Source of the DNA: Candidatus Bathyarchaeota archaeon
GTDB lineage: Archaea; Thermoproteota; Bathyarchaeia; Bathyarchaeales; Bathycorpusculaceae
Length of the DNA stretch: 64,000 nucleotides
Direction of reading: 5' to 3'
NCBI GenBank assembly: GCA_963828195.1
Contig: CAWHDT010000008.1
Location: 136,844 to 200,843, forward strand
The translations under genes and the position numbers were made by a program. Below are positions 10,478 through 20,106 of the stretch, piece by piece. Under the pieces are notes generated by a model that worked only from the letters and a program-made list of their open reading frames with translations, searched no databases and was not told the DNA's origin. Position 1 is the stretch's first letter. Each line of letters opens with the position of its first letter.

Positions 10478-12211
10478 ATGCCGACAATTGACATAGAATA
10501 CCCTGAACTGGAAGAGCTGATAGGCAGAGAGACGTGCCGTAAACTGTTTGGAACTCCGCAGAACCTGCAGATTGGAGCGCTTGATAACAAGCTATCTTTA
10601 GTTAAGGCTGAAGTTAAGGGATACAACCAAGCCGAGAAAACGCTTAGTATTGAAATGAAGGATACAAGCCGAGCTGACCTTTGGAGCGCTGAGGGTTTAG
10701 CGAGGGGGCTGCGTTGCTATCTGGGTTTAGAAAAAGGCTCAAGGCAATACACAACGGGTGAACCAGCCGTCGAAGTTAACGTTGACGCAAATCTCTACGG
10801 TATCCGCCCCTTCATCGGCTGCGCTGTAGTAAAAGACGTCTGTTTAACCGATAACATGATTCGGGACATCATGCACCTTCAAGACAAGTTGGATAAAACA
10901 TACGGAAGAAACCGACAGAAAACATCAATCGGAATTTACAACTTTGACCTAATTAAGCCCCCGATAAATTATGCTGCCGTTAAGCCCGAGGCGGTCAGTT
11001 TTATTCCGCTGGGATTTACTGAAAAGATGACGTTAAACGAGGTTTTAGAGCGTCATCCAAAAGGCATAGAGTACGGCCACATAGTGAAAAAAAACTCTTT
11101 ATACCCCATGCTATTTGACGGCGAAGGAAAAGTCTTGTCTTTTCCACCAATCATTAACTCAAACGATTTAGGCAAAATCACTGAGGATTCAAGGAACCTG
11201 CTGGTTGAAGTCACAGGCACCCTGCATAAAACCGTCTCCAACACGCTGACGCTTGTAACTTCTGCCTTGATTGACCGCGGCGGAAAAGCGTACGCGGCAA
11301 AAATCCATTACCCACAAAACTCCAGTTACCCAAAAACGGAGGTAGTGACCCCAGATTTCAGCGACAGGCACGTACCTTTAAGTGTGGAGTACACAAATAG
11401 ACTTTTGGGGCTGCAGCTTTCGCCGCATCAAATTTCTGAACTCCTCTTGACTGCGGGCCTGCACGTCGGAAAAACGGAAGTTGACAGCGTAGAGGTTCAT
11501 GTTCCATGTTACCGCGTGGACGTTATGCAGCAGGTTGACTTAATCGAAGACGTCGCGATTGCTTACGGCTACAACAATATTGAACCGCTTTGGCGCGAAC
11601 TAGCCACAACCGGGCGAGCAAAACCCGACCAGCGCTTAATCGACATCGCAAGGGAACTCATGGTGGGGCTAGGCTACCAGGAAATCTTAACCTACACCTT
11701 AACCACTCCAGAGAATCTCTTTGACAAAATGAATACTCAAAAAACCAGCTGCGTGGAACTCGCCAACCCCAAAGTAGCCACTATGACGTGCCTGCGCAAT
11801 TGGCTGCTCCCGAGCCTCATGGAGTTCCTCAGCAACAACCAATCCACGGAGTTTCCACAAAAAATATTCGAGCTGGGAAAAGTAACTCAAATTGATGATG
11901 CAAAGGAGACGAGAACTCGCGATGAAGAATGGCTCTGCGTCGCCACGACGCATCCGAACGCAAATTTCACTGAGATAAAATCTGTCCTCGACTCATTCAT
12001 GGGCAACTTTGGGGCTCAGTGGCAAATAAAACCGACCGTTCATCCGAGCTTCATCGACGGTAGAGCGGGCGAAATTATTGTCGGCGACGCTAAAATTGGG
12101 GTGGTTGGAGAAATCAACCCTGTTGTGCTTGAGGAATGGAAACTTGAAAACCCGACCAATGCCTTCGAAATCAACCTGCAGAAAATCCTCCAAATTAAAC
12201 AAAACGCATAA
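10478..12211 (+). CDS. pheT: Phenylalanine-tRNA ligase beta subunit
   Basis: RADLWSAEGLAR, SFPPIINS, DLIEDVAIAYGY; directly adjacent to pheS. Confidence 0.97.
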   Translation: MPTIDIEYPELEELIGRETCRKLFGTPQNLQIGALDNKLSLVKAEVKGYNQAEKTLSIEMKDTSRADLWSAEGLARGLRCYLGLEKGSRQYTTGEPAVEVNVDANLYGIRPFIGCAVVKDVCLTDNMIRDIMHLQDKLDKTYGRNRQKTSIGIYNFDLIKPPINYAAVKPEAVSFIPLGFTEKMTLNEVLERHPKGIEYGHIVKKNSLYPMLFDGEGKVLSFPPIINSNDLGKITEDSRNLLVEVTGTLHKTVSNTLTLVTSALIDRGGKAYAAKIHYPQNSSYPKTEVVTPDFSDRHVPLSVEYTNRLLGLQLSPHQISELLLTAGLHVGKTEVDSVEVHVPCYRVDVMQQVDLIEDVAIAYGYNNIEPLWRELATTGRAKPDQRLIDIARELMVGLGYQEILTYTLTTPENLFDKMNTQKTSCVELANPKVATMTCLRNWLLPSLMEFLSNNQSTEFPQKIFELGKVTQIDDAKETRTRDEEWLCVATTHPNANFTEIKSVLDSFMGNFGAQWQIKPTVHPSFIDGRAGEIIVGDAKIGVVGEINPVVLEEWKLENPTNAFEINLQKILQIKQNA

Positions 12212-12297
12212 CAAGGATAATTCTCAGAAAATTTAATAATGTTATAGTTGACTCTTTACCCATAACTTTTAAGGGACCTGAAAGAGCAAGTTTTAGT

Positions 12298-15200
12298 TTA
12301 AAAACCGTTTTCAACAGTTTTCTTTTCATCTTCAGTTATGTCATAGAGAGAGAGTACAGCGTTATCTAACTTGTTTTCCAAAGAAGTTTCTTTTCTTTGT
12401 AAAATATCCAGTTCATTTTCTAGTTTTGCCAACGTAATTTGCTTTTTGACTTCAATGATTTCATTTACAATCAAGATAATCTCCCTTTGTAACTCATTAT
12501 CATTCTCACTGACGGGTAACCGAATTGGCAATTCCATAAGAGGAGTTTTATCAACTTGAAGTTGTTCGCCTTGTCTTTTCCCCATATGATATAACCAGAA
12601 GTTTATTAATTTTGAATTAAGTATGCCTGTAAGATATTTCATATTAACATTTGATGGCTTGATAATTAAGAAAGCTCTCGAAACATAACAGGGGAAGTCA
12701 GTATACGTAAATGAAACGCCTTGTGTTTTTCTCAGAGACAAAATCTTTTCGCCTTCAAAGTACTTTTGTTCCCGTGGTCGATGTAGCCCATAAGGTCTGA
12801 AATCTGAAGTCAGAATTTTCCTGAATTTATCTAGATGATTCTTGAAATTTGGGTATTTCTCAATATTTGACCTTACGTCAAAATCTGCATAAATGAGAAA
12901 GTATTGGTTCTTAGGATTACCATAGTATTTCGTCAATTCTTCAGAGGTATAGTACGGTTTAATTTTATTCATTTCAGCTTTGTTAAAATCAGTATTTCTT
13001 AATTCGTCTTTTCTTAACACGAAAATGCCGTTCCCTTTTATGAATAGAGGGTCTTTTAGAACATCTAAGTGATTTTGCGTAATGAAATCCTGCAGGACAT
13101 CAATCCCATTACCTATATCATCTTCTTTTAAGTGGAAATTTCCCATAAAAGACATTTTCTTAATTACTTTACGAGTTTCAGGAGTGAGAAAAGTTATTGT
13201 TTTTTCAGTTTCTGTCGGGTCGATTTCCGAACTGAATCGCAATATTTTATCGTTTTTCTTCGGTAATGTTAAATACCCTCGCAATGTGTCAACAGAAATC
13301 TTTTTGTCCAGAACTTTGAAATAGTCAACGTCATATTGTTCTTTGGTTTTTGTATTTTCCAAAACAAAAATCATGGTTTGAATACTGGCTTCTTTAAAGA
13401 CCTTAAACTCATTAAAATCAAAGAATGATAGAAGTTTTGTTTCCGACAAAACTTTTTTTCTCAGAATTGAAGCGCCGTCACTAGTCACCCAGTTGTTTTG
13501 TGCAATAAAGCTGTGGTAACCACCTTTTTTTAAGAGATCTATTGATTTACAGGTGAAGAAATACCACATATCCATGTACTTTTCATAATATTTTTTTAGG
13601 TTAGTTTGTTTGACCCAGCCAAAGGCGCACCGTGCTTTGTCTTCTTTCACATAAGGGGGATTGCCAATGATAACATCAAATTTGCCTTCTTGCAGAATTT
13701 TCCCAAAACCTTTTTTGCAATCTTCCCAATCGAAAGGCTTGATTTTCTGAAGTTCTTCCGTCGTAGATACAAGTTTTTGCTCAAAGTAGGATGAATCTAC
13801 TAATGAGTTCCCACATCTAATGTTACTATCTATATTTGGTAATGCCCGTTCTTGAAATAGCTTAAGTTGTTGGTTTACGCTCTCCTTTGTTTCATTTTCC
13901 AGTACTTTAAGTAGCAAGCTCAGTTTAGTAATTTCGACAGCTTGAGGGTCAATGTCCACTCCAAAGATATTATTTAGTAGAATTTTTTTCCTTACTTCTG
14001 TAGTTAGATACCACTGATTTTCTTTAATTTGGTAAATCTCTTTTTTGTATTTTTTAGGATTCTTCTGATAATAACTAAGATGATAGTCAAGAAGATACGA
14101 ATATGCTCTAACCAAAAACGTCCCTGATCCAGATGCCATATCAAGTATTCTCAGTTTCTCTATATCCTCGGGCGATTTTCCTATAATGAGTTTACCGATT
14201 GTATTTCTTATGATATAATCCACAACATAATCAGGAGTGTAGTAAACTCCTCCTGCTTGTCTTACTTCAGGTTTTTCTTCGACTTTAACCTGATGGGTTG
14301 GAGTAAACCTGATTGATTTTCCTAAAAATTGCTCATAGACATTTCCTAGTATTTCTATGCTGAGTACTGAAAAATCATATGGGCTTTGAGGATAATACAA
14401 AGTTGAAATAATAGCTTTTAAGACATCATCATCTATGGAAATGTGGTTCGTTATTTTATCTGTTTTGAAATCAAATATGCCACTATCATATTTCTTTTCA
14501 GCACCTTCAAAATGAGCTATAAGTTTTGAATACAGTTGTCCAGATGCGCAAAGGCTCTTTAACTTTTCATTTGGCTCAATGTCTCGATCCTCGCATATTC
14601 TGAGGAACAGTATTCGATTTATTGTCTCTTGAACGCAATAATTAAGTTCAGGAATAGATAACTTGGGATTATTTCGCGCGATATTCTTAGCTAAGTCATT
14701 TCTCCATTCTTCAATTTGTTTAAGGAAAACATCATCTACCTCACTCGTACCTTTCTTGCCTTTCTTAGATTCGGAAAATCTGTCAAAACTTCCCTTAAGA
14801 ACTCCTTCTTTTGAAAAGATTTCAGCTATTGTATCAAACTTGGAGACATAATCCTCGAAATCGATCAACATAAGTCTGCCGACTGATGCGCTATCATTCG
14901 GATTAGGTTTAATTTTACAATCGTATACAGAAAGCAAACGAAAGTTTGTTAAAATAGATAATGGAATTTTCGAGTTCCACGCGTAACGCCTTAACTGAAA
15001 TGCAGAATCTACATCCTCTTTGATATTTACAGACGGCTTTTTTGTCTCTACAAAAAAAACCCTGTTGCCACCTATCCTAAATGCATAATCAGGAGCTTTT
15101 GTCTTTCCCGCAATTTTTATGGCGTCCTCATTTATTACTTCTTTGTACTTTTCTGCTCGACCTTCATCATTATTGACGTCCCATCCCAAAGCAATAAAAA

Positions 15201-15327
15201 ACTTATCTACAAATTCCTTCCTTAGTTGAGCCTCTTTATAGCTTGATTTCACGTATTGGTCTATGTTCGCCTTAAAAACTGTCACGAGGTTTTTAATGAC
15301 TTGGAGTTCCTTGGTCATGCATTTCAC
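12298..15327 (-). CDS. Type IIG (Eco57I-like) fused restriction endonuclease / N6-adenine methyltransferase
   Basis: N-terminal PDY...VETK nuclease motif, GVYYTP, DMASGSGTF (motif I), GNPPY (motif IV), TaqI_C-like C-terminal domain; AT-rich. Confidence 0.92.
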   Translation of the reverse strand: MKCMTKELQVIKNLVTVFKANIDQYVKSSYKEAQLRKEFVDKFFIALGWDVNNDEGRAEKYKEVINEDAIKIAGKTKAPDYAFRIGGNRVFFVETKKPSVNIKEDVDSAFQLRRYAWNSKIPLSILTNFRLLSVYDCKIKPNPNDSASVGRLMLIDFEDYVSKFDTIAEIFSKEGVLKGSFDRFSESKKGKKGTSEVDDVFLKQIEEWRNDLAKNIARNNPKLSIPELNYCVQETINRILFLRICEDRDIEPNEKLKSLCASGQLYSKLIAHFEGAEKKYDSGIFDFKTDKITNHISIDDDVLKAIISTLYYPQSPYDFSVLSIEILGNVYEQFLGKSIRFTPTHQVKVEEKPEVRQAGGVYYTPDYVVDYIIRNTIGKLIIGKSPEDIEKLRILDMASGSGTFLVRAYSYLLDYHLSYYQKNPKKYKKEIYQIKENQWYLTTEVRKKILLNNIFGVDIDPQAVEITKLSLLLKVLENETKESVNQQLKLFQERALPNIDSNIRCGNSLVDSSYFEQKLVSTTEELQKIKPFDWEDCKKGFGKILQEGKFDVIIGNPPYVKEDKARCAFGWVKQTNLKKYYEKYMDMWYFFTCKSIDLLKKGGYHSFIAQNNWVTSDGASILRKKVLSETKLLSFFDFNEFKVFKEASIQTMIFVLENTKTKEQYDVDYFKVLDKKISVDTLRGYLTLPKKNDKILRFSSEIDPTETEKTITFLTPETRKVIKKMSFMGNFHLKEDDIGNGIDVLQDFITQNHLDVLKDPLFIKGNGIFVLRKDELRNTDFNKAEMNKIKPYYTSEELTKYYGNPKNQYFLIYADFDVRSNIEKYPNFKNHLDKFRKILTSDFRPYGLHRPREQKYFEGEKILSLRKTQGVSFTYTDFPCYVSRAFLIIKPSNVNMKYLTGILNSKLINFWLYHMGKRQGEQLQVDKTPLMELPIRLPVSENDNELQREIILIVNEIIEVKKQITLAKLENELDILQRKETSLENKLDNAVLSLYDITEDEKKTVENGF

Positions 15328-15499
15328 TTTGGATAAGTATTGAATTGATGTCTATTCTTAAAAGATTTGTTTAAAAAGAAGGTCTGCTTTTTTTAAAAAA
15401 AAGTTTACCTAGCTCGAGGTTTGCTGTCTCATTAGAGCAGTCTTAAGAGGAAAGGCTTAATAATCGTGAGGCTGAATTTTGGTATAAAAGGCGAATGCA

Positions 15500-15781
15500 T
15501 TGGCGCTTTCAAGAATGGAGATGTACCTCGCCGTCATCCAGGTCTTAAACACTTGGGATTCAATAACGCAAAAGCAGATATTATGCAAGGCGGAAATCGA
15601 TTTATCGTCCCCGAAAGAAACACTTAACTTTCTAATCAAGCTCGACTTGATAATGGAAAAAAGCCTTGGAAACAAAACGGTATATTCCATAACGGATAGA
15701 GGACAAAGACTAATTCAGTACTTCAAATTAAAAGACGACGACGCAATATTCGGCGGAACTAAAATAACGAAAATTGACTAA
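15500..15781 (+). CDS. Winged helix-turn-helix protein
   Basis: SRMEMYLAVIQVL...LIKLDLI...YSITDRG pattern of archaeal wHTH regulators. Confidence 0.8.
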   Translation: MALSRMEMYLAVIQVLNTWDSITQKQILCKAEIDLSSPKETLNFLIKLDLIMEKSLGNKTVYSITDRGQRLIQYFKLKDDDAIFGGTKITKID

Positions 15782-15874
15782 AAAGCCCAGCTGCTTCTTG
15801 CTTTTGCTCCGATAAATTTCCTTTAATCCAATCCTTAAAAGAGACAAAAAAAATTGAGAACTTAATAATTGCTC

Positions 15875-16165
15875 TTAATATGGAACTCGCAAGATTTTGC
15901 CGTCTTCATCTTTAGGGGGAAGAGCTTTGTCGAGTCCTATGAAGAATTTGATGACTTGTGTTCCGCGAGGGGTGTTTGCGTAAACAACGGTGCTTTTTTC
16001 CGTTACTTGCTCCTCAACTAGTCCTTGCTTGATCAGAAATTCCAAGTATCGATTTATAATATTGCTGTTAAGGTTTGTCTCACTCATGATTTGCGAAACC
16101 TTGAGCGGGCTGCTGTGCTCTAAAACGTTTAGAATATCAACGTACATTTCTAATTTGGATGCCAT
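15875..16165 (-). CDS. Winged helix-turn-helix protein (paralog of 15500..15781)
   Basis: SKLEMYVDILNVL...LIKQGLV...YANTPRG. Confidence 0.85.
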   Translation of the reverse strand: MASKLEMYVDILNVLEHSSPLKVSQIMSETNLNSNIINRYLEFLIKQGLVEEQVTEKSTVVYANTPRGTQVIKFFIGLDKALPPKDEDGKILRVPY

Positions 16166-16301
16166 GCCTAACCCTTCTAACAGGTTAACCCAAATTCGGT
16201 ATTAACGATTTGTGCGTAACAAAACGTACTTCAATAGCAGTTGTTAAGCCAATAAAAGAAACTCTTCTCAAACAATGAGACAAAGCATAAATCGTAATTC
16301 A

Positions 16302-16311
16302 CCCATATGGG
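16302..16311. promoter_or_regulatory. Palindrome CCCATATGGG, candidate TA autoregulatory operator
   Basis: Perfect palindrome 16 bp upstream of the antitoxin ATG. Confidence 0.4.
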
Positions 16312-16327
16312 CATATGGTAATATGGC

Positions 16328-16588
16328 ATGTCTCTTAGAGTGCAAATAAACCCTAAGGTTGAAGAAAAATTTAGGGAAGCAGCAATGAAACGCTTCGGAT
16401 ATGGAAAATGGGCCCTAAGCAAAGCCGCCGAAGAAGCCATCCTTAAATGGCTTTCAACAACCGAAAAAGAACCCGTTAATTTCGAGGGTGACCCTGTAAA
16501 AGCCTTAGAAGGATTGCTTAAGGATATTAAAGTAGATTCGGTGACCCTTCAGCATGAGACTCAGAAGGTATGGGCAAAAAAGTGTTAA
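16328..16588 (+). CDS. Ribbon-helix-helix antitoxin-like protein
   Basis: LRVQINPKVEEKFREAA...ALSKAAEEAI; directly upstream of a PIN gene. Confidence 0.75.
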   Translation: MSLRVQINPKVEEKFREAAMKRFGYGKWALSKAAEEAILKWLSTTEKEPVNFEGDPVKALEGLLKDIKVDSVTLQHETQKVWAKKC

Positions 16589-16591
16589 CGA

Positions 16592-16996
16592 ACGTAGCTT
16601 GTTGATACTAACATTTTTCTCGAGGTTCTCCTTTGTCAAGCAAAAACGGACGAATGCGAAAAGCTTCTTGATCAATTCAAAACAGGCAAGATACTGGGCG
16701 TAGTGACCGACTTTACCCTTCACTCTATAATTGTGACCATGTACAGCTATGAAAGGTTGGAAGGTCTCAAGGTTTTTCTCTCAAGTCTCGCAGGCTACAA
16801 AGGACTACGCATTTACCCAACTGACTTAACAAGTGAAATCAAAGCCACAGACTTAGCATCACAAGATAAACTTGACATGGACGACGCCATCCAGTATGCA
16901 GTAGCACTTGACGCAAATGTTGAAGCTATAGTGTCATTTGACAAACACTTCAATAAACTTGAACTTCCCAGAAAAGAACCGCATCAAAGAATCTAA
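16592..16996 (+). pseudogene. vapC: VapC/PIN toxin with disrupted start (ACG TAG before LVDTNIFLE)
   Basis: The in-frame PIN motif LVDTNIFLE begins at 16598, preceded by ACG-TAG instead of ATG-TAY; C-terminal DDAIQYA...SFDKHF. Confidence 0.75.
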
Positions 16997-17028
16997 AACC
17001 TTACATTGCCACAATCAGGATTAATTGT

Positions 17029-17844
17029 TTAAAAAGTTAGAACCATGAGAGGGTTCCATTTTTCCCTCGCGGTTTTTAGGCACCATTTATAGATGTAGTA
17101 TCCTACGGGTACGATGATGGCGCACATTAGCGCCAAAATCTCCAGGTTGGGCAGAATCATTGCAATGGTGGAGCCTGTTATGATTTCTTTTATGCATGTC
17201 ATGAAGTAGTACGGTGGAGTTATGTACGCGATTATTCTCAGGAAAGGCGGCAGAATTTGCGGGGGAAAAAGCACGTTCCCAAACAAGCTTATTGCTATGG
17301 TCATTAATGCCGTCACCGGGTCGCCTTGTTTGGTTAGAATCAATATTCCTGAGCCAATCATGCTGATGCCAATGAATGTGCCTATGCCTAAGACTAACAC
17401 AATTATTGTTCCTACAATGTTGACGCTGAGGACAACTCCGAAAAAGTACACGCCGATAAGAAGGTAAATTGCTACGACGCCTGTGCTCCAGACAAACCCC
17501 CAAATCGAACTGCCGATTATGAATGTTGTCAGGCTAGTCGGCGAAACCAAGACTTCTTCAAGAGCCCACGGGTTAATGGTTTTTTGCACAAGCGTCAAGG
17601 CTTGCCCGAGGTAAGTGTTGAAGGCTAATCCGATAAGCAGGTAAGTTGTGTAATTTGTATGGTACAGTTCTGTTACAGTTGCATTAACTGAGCTTTGCCC
17701 CAGATAAGCGAAGGATAAGGCTCCGAAAACCGCGGTGAAAATCAGAATAAGAATGTTTGTTTTGTAAGTCGAGAAGCTTACCATGTCCCGCTTCATGAAA
17801 TACCAGATTTTCTCAAGTTCAGCCGACGTACCCATGCCCCTCAC
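17029..17844 (-). CDS. ABC-2 type transporter permease
   Basis: Multiple TM helices and LEEVLVSP motif; probable +1 indel at the 3' end (other frame gives RKNGTLSWF*, stop at 17037). Confidence 0.9.
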   Translation of the reverse strand: MRGMGTSAELEKIWYFMKRDMVSFSTYKTNILILIFTAVFGALSFAYLGQSSVNATVTELYHTNYTTYLLIGLAFNTYLGQALTLVQKTINPWALEEVLVSPTSLTTFIIGSSIWGFVWSTGVVAIYLLIGVYFFGVVLSVNIVGTIIVLVLGIGTFIGISMIGSGILILTKQGDPVTALMTIAISLFGNVLFPPQILPPFLRIIAYITPPYYFMTCIKEIITGSTIAMILPNLEILALMCAIIVPVGYYIYKWCLKTAREKWNPLMVLTF

Positions 17845-18851
17845 GTCCTCTTAGTTAACTCTATGAACGCATCTTCCAAACTCGGTTCCTCCTGCTTAAA
17901 ATTGACAAGCTTAATTTTTTGTTCAAAAATAAAATCGAAGATTCGAGGTAGCGAATCCACGCTTTTCATTTCAACGCGTAAGGCTTGCTGCCCAGGCATC
18001 AGGTTGGGCTCGTCTTTCTGTGTCACGTCGATAACGCCTTCGAGGGACCGAATGTTTTCAATTTGAGCCTGCGTTATTTGGTCGAAAGTCAAGTAAATTA
18101 ACTCGTCTTTCTTGATTTTTGCTCGCAATGCATCGGGGGTGTCAAGGGCAACTATTTTGCCCTGTTTGAGGATGCCGATTTTACTGCAAATCTGCGCTGC
18201 CTCCTCAATGTAATGTGTTGTATAGAGCACTGTTTTGCCTGTTTCCTTAACTGTGCTTTTAACGAATTCGCGAACGTGGCGGGATGAAATAGCGTCTAAC
18301 CCAGTTGTTGGCTCGTCAAGAAGAATGATCGGCGGGTCAGGAAGCAAGGTTCTTGCAAGCGCCAGTTTTCTTTTCATTCCGCCCGAATACTTCTGGTACA
18401 GCTCAAAACCGCTGTTTTCTAACCCCACGAGCTTTAGAACTTCCAAAATTCGGTCATGCCGCATCTTCCTTGGCACATTATAAGTGGACGCGTAAAATTC
18501 GAGGTTTCTGTAGCCGTTCAACCGCCAAAAAAAGCCTCTTTCACCAACACTGAACAAAGTGCCAAGTGACTGCTTAACTTTCATCTGCTCCTTGATTATG
18601 TCGTAGCCGTTGATTAATGCAGTTCCTTTATCGGGCGGAAGAAGGGTGCATAGCATTTTGACCAGAGTTGTTTTCCCTGCTCCGTTGGGACCAAGAAGCC
18701 CAAAAAGTTCTCCCTTTTTGATTTCAAGGTTAAGGTTGTCAACAGCGTTTACGCGGACTGTTTTGCGCTTAAAAAATCCTGCTTCGCTCTGAACTTTTGA
18801 CTTAAACGTTTTCGTTAGGTTAATCGTTTGAATTGCGTTTTCGTTTTGCAA
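17841..18851 (-). CDS. ABC transporter ATP-binding protein (DrrA-like)
   Basis: GPNGAGKTT, YSGGMKRKL, LLDEPT, PSLEDAF. Confidence 0.95.
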   Translation of the reverse strand: MQNENAIQTINLTKTFKSKVQSEAGFFKRKTVRVNAVDNLNLEIKKGELFGLLGPNGAGKTTLVKMLCTLLPPDKGTALINGYDIIKEQMKVKQSLGTLFSVGERGFFWRLNGYRNLEFYASTYNVPRKMRHDRILEVLKLVGLENSGFELYQKYSGGMKRKLALARTLLPDPPIILLDEPTTGLDAISSRHVREFVKSTVKETGKTVLYTTHYIEEAAQICSKIGILKQGKIVALDTPDALRAKIKKDELIYLTFDQITQAQIENIRSLEGVIDVTQKDEPNLMPGQQALRVEMKSVDSLPRIFDFIFEQKIKLVNFKQEEPSLEDAFIELTKRT

Positions 18852-19171
18852 CCATTAAACCTCTTAGTTCCGCTCAATACCCATAGTTTGGCAAAAACAA
18901 TCAATTATGTTTTTCAGTTACCGCTAGCAGGCAATTAAGCATTTCGACATTTCGCATCGGTTTCGTTTAATCTCAAGAAGGGTATTCCAACGTCAATTTT
19001 TTGAGCCAAGTCACACCAAAGGTTGCTGGATGGCGCTGCTTATTTAAGTCAACGTTAAAATCTTAGGTCTGACCTGCACACTAAGGCTAAAAAACTTGTT
19101 GCTGTACAACTCTATTTGAAAGATAGTTTAAAAACCCTTGAGACTGCAACTTGTTTTTCAAGTATCGATTT

Positions 19172-20101
19172 TTAAAATTGATGGATCCGTTGAGTCAGCT
19201 GATTTGCATTTTCTATTTTTTCTGGAAGCTGCAACTCCAAGTAGGCACCGTGCCTGTTAAAATAGGGTGAGCCTTTTCTTGAAAACAAAGTCAAAACTCC
19301 GCCGTCATGGTTAATTTTGTAGCCTAAGTCGCTTGATTCGTGACCTCGTATCAAAATCTTGGCGTTTATGTTTGCAAGAACCTGTTTTGTCACTTTTTCA
19401 CCAAAGAGGTGTCCGGCGCCCCTTGGCGAAGAAGCAATGTCTTCTACGTTTTCGTCGGGGTCGCTCCAAAGCAAATCTTCCAGCACATCCCTGCTGTGGT
19501 TTTCTTTTGCTTGCGCGATGTCTTGGAGGCTTCTTATTTGTGGAGACAAGCCGCCGTGAACCATCAAATATCTGCCCTCAACCCACACCGCGTTATAGAG
19601 ATCAGCAAATAGAGCCCTAGTTTTTATGTAAGCCATCTTCCATTTTTCCCCGAACCGCTCTTGGAATTGGATGGGCAAGTCATGCGGTTCACCTAGCAAA
19701 TCTATTGGCGCCTCATGGTTTCCACGTAACAGAACAACTTGCATGGGGAAAGCCAGCTTAAGCTTCAGAACTGCGTAGTAGATTTCCGCTGAGTTAGGTC
19801 CTCTGTCGCCGTAGTCGCCTAAAAAAATCAACGTTGCCTCTTGGTTTTTCTCCATTTTCTCGACGAATTGGCTTTCCCGAAGGATAATGAGGAGGCTCTC
19901 AAAATCTCCGTGCAAATCGCCAATTACAAGTGCTTCGCCTAACGGTTCAAGTTTAACTAAACGGTTTATTATTGTTAAATTGCCAATTTGCCCCTTTTCA
20001 TTTTGCAGCAAAAACATGGCTTTGTCCAATATCTCGATAAAGGTGCCGCTTTTAACGCTGAAGGCTTCATCGACAAGTGAAGATAAATTCAAAGCCGACA
20101 C
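19172..20101 (-). CDS. PPP-family serine/threonine protein phosphatase
   Basis: GDLHG, GDYGDRG, RGNHE, HGG, WSDP, SPRGAG and RGHE motifs. Confidence 0.92.
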   Translation of the reverse strand: MSALNLSSLVDEAFSVKSGTFIEILDKAMFLLQNEKGQIGNLTIINRLVKLEPLGEALVIGDLHGDFESLLIILRESQFVEKMEKNQEATLIFLGDYGDRGPNSAEIYYAVLKLKLAFPMQVVLLRGNHEAPIDLLGEPHDLPIQFQERFGEKWKMAYIKTRALFADLYNAVWVEGRYLMVHGGLSPQIRSLQDIAQAKENHSRDVLEDLLWSDPDENVEDIASSPRGAGHLFGEKVTKQVLANINAKILIRGHESSDLGYKINHDGGVLTLFSRKGSPYFNRHGAYLELQLPEKIENANQLTQRIHQF

Positions 20102-20106
20102 GGCGA

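Noticed and set aside
16595-16597. In-frame TAG codons (here and at 61992) as evidence of amber/pyrrolysine recoding
   Set aside because: TAG ends amt and katG at their expected C-termini, the nearby pseudogenes also contain TAA stops, and no pyl genes are seen.
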